Positions 24,858-26,589 of a DNA stretch of 26,589 bases are shown piece after piece; position 1 is the stretch's first letter; each line of letters starts with the position of its first letter. Location of the stretch: positions 1 through 26,589 of the IMG/VR virus record IMGVR_UViG_3300049137_000137, one strand, 5' to 3'. A program made the position numbers and the translations under genes. This stretch comes from a virus (Duplodnaviria > Caudoviricetes). The notes beneath the pieces are model-generated. The model saw only the letters and a list, made by a program, of their open reading frames with translations, made no database searches and was not told the origin of the DNA.

Positions 24858-25457
24858 TCAGCTCTCGCCGCCGGGGCCGTCGCGCAGAGCCTGCTCTTGC
24901 GCGGCAACCTGGGCCTTGGCTTCGCGGATCATCTCTTGGAGCTCCAGGTCCTGTTGGGTGACCTGGTGGACGGTGGCGTCGACCTTGACGGCGGCTTCGA
25001 TGCCGGTGAGTTTGGCGCGGCGTTCGCCGTTGCGCCGTCGCGCGTCTTCGATCTTGATGAGGCGGTCGATAGCTTGGAGGACGGGGCCGTCGTCTTCCAT
25101 CGGCTGTTCGGTTTCGGGGTGGAGGATGACGCGCCCGTTGTTGACCATGATGTGGCGGTTGGTCAGGACTTTGCGGGCGGAGACTTCGAGGTCGCCGAGG
25201 CGGACGAGTTCGGCGTCGAGGCGTTCAAGTTCGAAGTGGAGGACTGCTTCGCCGGGCTCGCGGATGATGTCCTTGAGTGCACGCTCGATGGCGTCGGCGG
25301 CGGTGCGTTTGTCTCCGTAGCCGAGTTCGGCGGCGATCTGTTGGTAGGTCCATCCCTTGGCGCGGAGGTCGGCGGCTTTGGCGTCGCGGCGTGCGGTTTC
25401 GGGGGTGCGGATGTAGCGGCCGGCGCCGCTGCGTGCGTGCTGGTTGGGGTTGGCCAT
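24858..25457 (-). CDS. terS: Terminase small subunit (HTH)
   Basis: LRAKGWTYQQIAAELGY HTH, ERRAKLTGIEA; immediately upstream of TerL. Confidence 0.8.
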   Translation of the reverse strand: MANPNQHARSGAGRYIRTPETARRDAKAADLRAKGWTYQQIAAELGYGDKRTAADAIERALKDIIREPGEAVLHFELERLDAELVRLGDLEVSARKVLTNRHIMVNNGRVILHPETEQPMEDDGPVLQAIDRLIKIEDARRRNGERRAKLTGIEAAVKVDATVHQVTQQDLELQEMIREAKAQVAAQEQALRDGPGGES

Positions 25458-25481
25458 GGTGGATGCCTCCTACGACCGGTA

Positions 25482-25500
25482 CCTTTGAATCGTAGGCTAG
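25482..25500 (-). promoter_or_regulatory. Putative late promoter/operator CTAGCCTACGATTCAAAGG upstream of terS
   Basis: Second copy of the 19-bp motif; contains a TAGCCT -10-like hexamer. Confidence 0.6.
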
Positions 25501-25572
25501 GGCACCACTTATGGCTTCGATTCGATCGCGAGTGGCCGTGTGGGGGTGCAAGAACCGCTGAGGCGGCGGATA

Positions 25573-25608
25573 GTGAGGCCCCGGGGTTGGGCGACTCCGG
25601 GGCCTCAC
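25573..25608 (-). terminator. Intrinsic terminator-like hairpin after the lipoprotein cassette
   Basis: Perfect 12-bp inverted repeat GTGAGGCCCCGG / CCGGGGCCTCAC, 15 nt after the stop at 25624. Confidence 0.8.
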
Positions 25609-25623
25609 GCATGTCCTGCTCGT

Positions 25624-25944
25624 CTACGCCTTGATGCTGGCGCGCTTCCGGTGCGGCCAGTCGAGGAGTGCCACGTGGACGACGCCGGTGATGAGGTAGG
25701 CCCACAGGGCGTACCGGAACACCTCCCGTGGGACGCCCGGCTCGTCGAGGGCGTCGGGCTGGATAACCGCCAGGGTCGCAACGAGTAGCGACAGGGCGGC
25801 GTAGGTGGCTGCGGTGCGCCAGCCGACGACCCGCCTACGCCAGGCGACGATGAACGGCACGAACGTGAGCGCGGTGGCGCTGACGGCTGGGACGGCTGCC
25901 CATGCCCAGCGCTGCCATGGCTTGGGGTACATGGGGCGTCTCAT
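25624..25944 (-). CDS. Small integral membrane protein (about 3 TM)
   Basis: Three hydrophobic stretches flanked by Arg/Trp; 3 nt downstream of the lipoprotein gene. Confidence 0.75.
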   Translation of the reverse strand: MRRPMYPKPWQRWAWAAVPAVSATALTFVPFIVAWRRRVVGWRTAATYAALSLLVATLAVIQPDALDEPGVPREVFRYALWAYLITGVVHVALLDWPHRKRASIKA

Positions 25945-25947
25945 CGG

Positions 25948-26532
25948 CTACTTCACGGCCCACTGTCCGGTCTGGTCGGAGAACCCGGAGTTCATGCCGA
26001 ACTGCACGCTGACGATCTTTGAGTCTTTCGGGACCTCGAACACGATCCACCCCAGCGCCTTCTCGCCCTTCGGCAAGCTCACGTCCGACGACATCGACGG
26101 CCCGGCGGAGATCTCTCCGAACCAGGAGTCGAACCGCTGCCCCTGGCTGTCGGCTGCCTTCGCCCCGTTCTGCGGGCTGTCGGCGTACACCTTCGACCCG
26201 GTGTTCACGAGCTCGAACTGCGCGGCCGCCCACCGCTTCCCGTCCTGCGGGATGTCGAACTCCGTGCCCGGCTCGGCGGTGGGAAGCCACTTCTTCAGGG
26301 TGACGTCGAGCTGCTCGCCGTTCTCCATCCCCTTGAGGGTGAGGGTGTCGCCGACGGCCGCTGTCTTCTTGGCGGGCGCGTCTTCGGTCTTGTCCTCGGT
26401 GGTCTTCTTCGCGGACTTGGAGGTGCCGGCTTTGGGTGTGGTGTTGACGCTTTCTTCGGGGCTGCAGGCGGTGAGGGCGAGCAGGGTGGCGGCGGTGAGT
26501 GCGGCGAGTGTGGTCGTGCGGGTGTGGCGCAT
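25948..26532 (-). CDS. Lipoprotein, DUF4352-like (Ig-like) domain
   Basis: Signal peptide with lipobox LTA-C, Lys/Thr-rich linker, AAVGDTLTL, FELVNTG and GEKALGWIVFEVPKD. Confidence 0.85.
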   Translation of the reverse strand: MRHTRTTTLAALTAATLLALTACSPEESVNTTPKAGTSKSAKKTTEDKTEDAPAKKTAAVGDTLTLKGMENGEQLDVTLKKWLPTAEPGTEFDIPQDGKRWAAAQFELVNTGSKVYADSPQNGAKAADSQGQRFDSWFGEISAGPSMSSDVSLPKGEKALGWIVFEVPKDSKIVSVQFGMNSGFSDQTGQWAVK

Positions 26533-26589
26533 GGTCCCCCCTGGGATGGTGTTTCGTGAGATGGGGGACGTTATCGGATGTGAGTATGG

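Noticed and set aside
4187-25457. Gene transfer agent or tailocin interpretation
   Set aside because: Full head and packaging genes exclude a tailocin. Nothing here distinguishes a GTA from an ordinary siphovirus, which is the simpler call.
4515-25634. Many long plus-strand ORFs opposite the structural genes (e.g. 4515-5585, 9135-10502, 10205-11638, 17966-19774)
   Set aside because: Antisense shadows typical of high-GC coding DNA; no motifs, and they overlap well-supported minus-strand genes.
1-26589. CRISPR array, tRNA, integrase/att site, IS element, DGR or contractile sheath
   Set aside because: No regularly spaced repeats, cloverleaf, recombinase, transposase, reverse transcriptase or sheath-like gene seen by eye; a covariance-model search would be needed to exclude small RNAs.

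Overview
GC-rich actinobacterial (Streptomyces-like) siphovirus or prophage segment with two convergent operons. The minus strand (about 4187-25457) carries a complete virion morphogenesis operon: TerS, TerL, portal, Mu gpF-like protein, scaffold, major capsid, head-tail connectors, major tail, tail assembly chaperone with a -1 frameshift, tape measure with an NlpC/P60 domain, distal tail, FN3-containing minor tail, tail fibre, and a 26-aa membrane peptide missing from the ORF track. Upstream of it lies a lipoprotein plus membrane-protein cassette closed by its own hairpin. The plus strand (<1-4185) carries a translationally coupled glycan-synthesis operon: a GT-B glycosyltransferase, an RfbE-like NDP-sugar SDR enzyme lacking the catalytic Tyr, a GT2 and a third GT-A-type protein, interleaved with small phage-type genes. 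The best candidate for a new system is this glycosylation operon, which may modify the virion, the DNA or the host envelope. Repeated non-coding motifs suggest late promoters and RNA operators. No integrase, att site, endolysin or prohead protease is recognisable, so phage versus prophage cannot be decided. All assignments come from motif recognition and gene order, not database searches.
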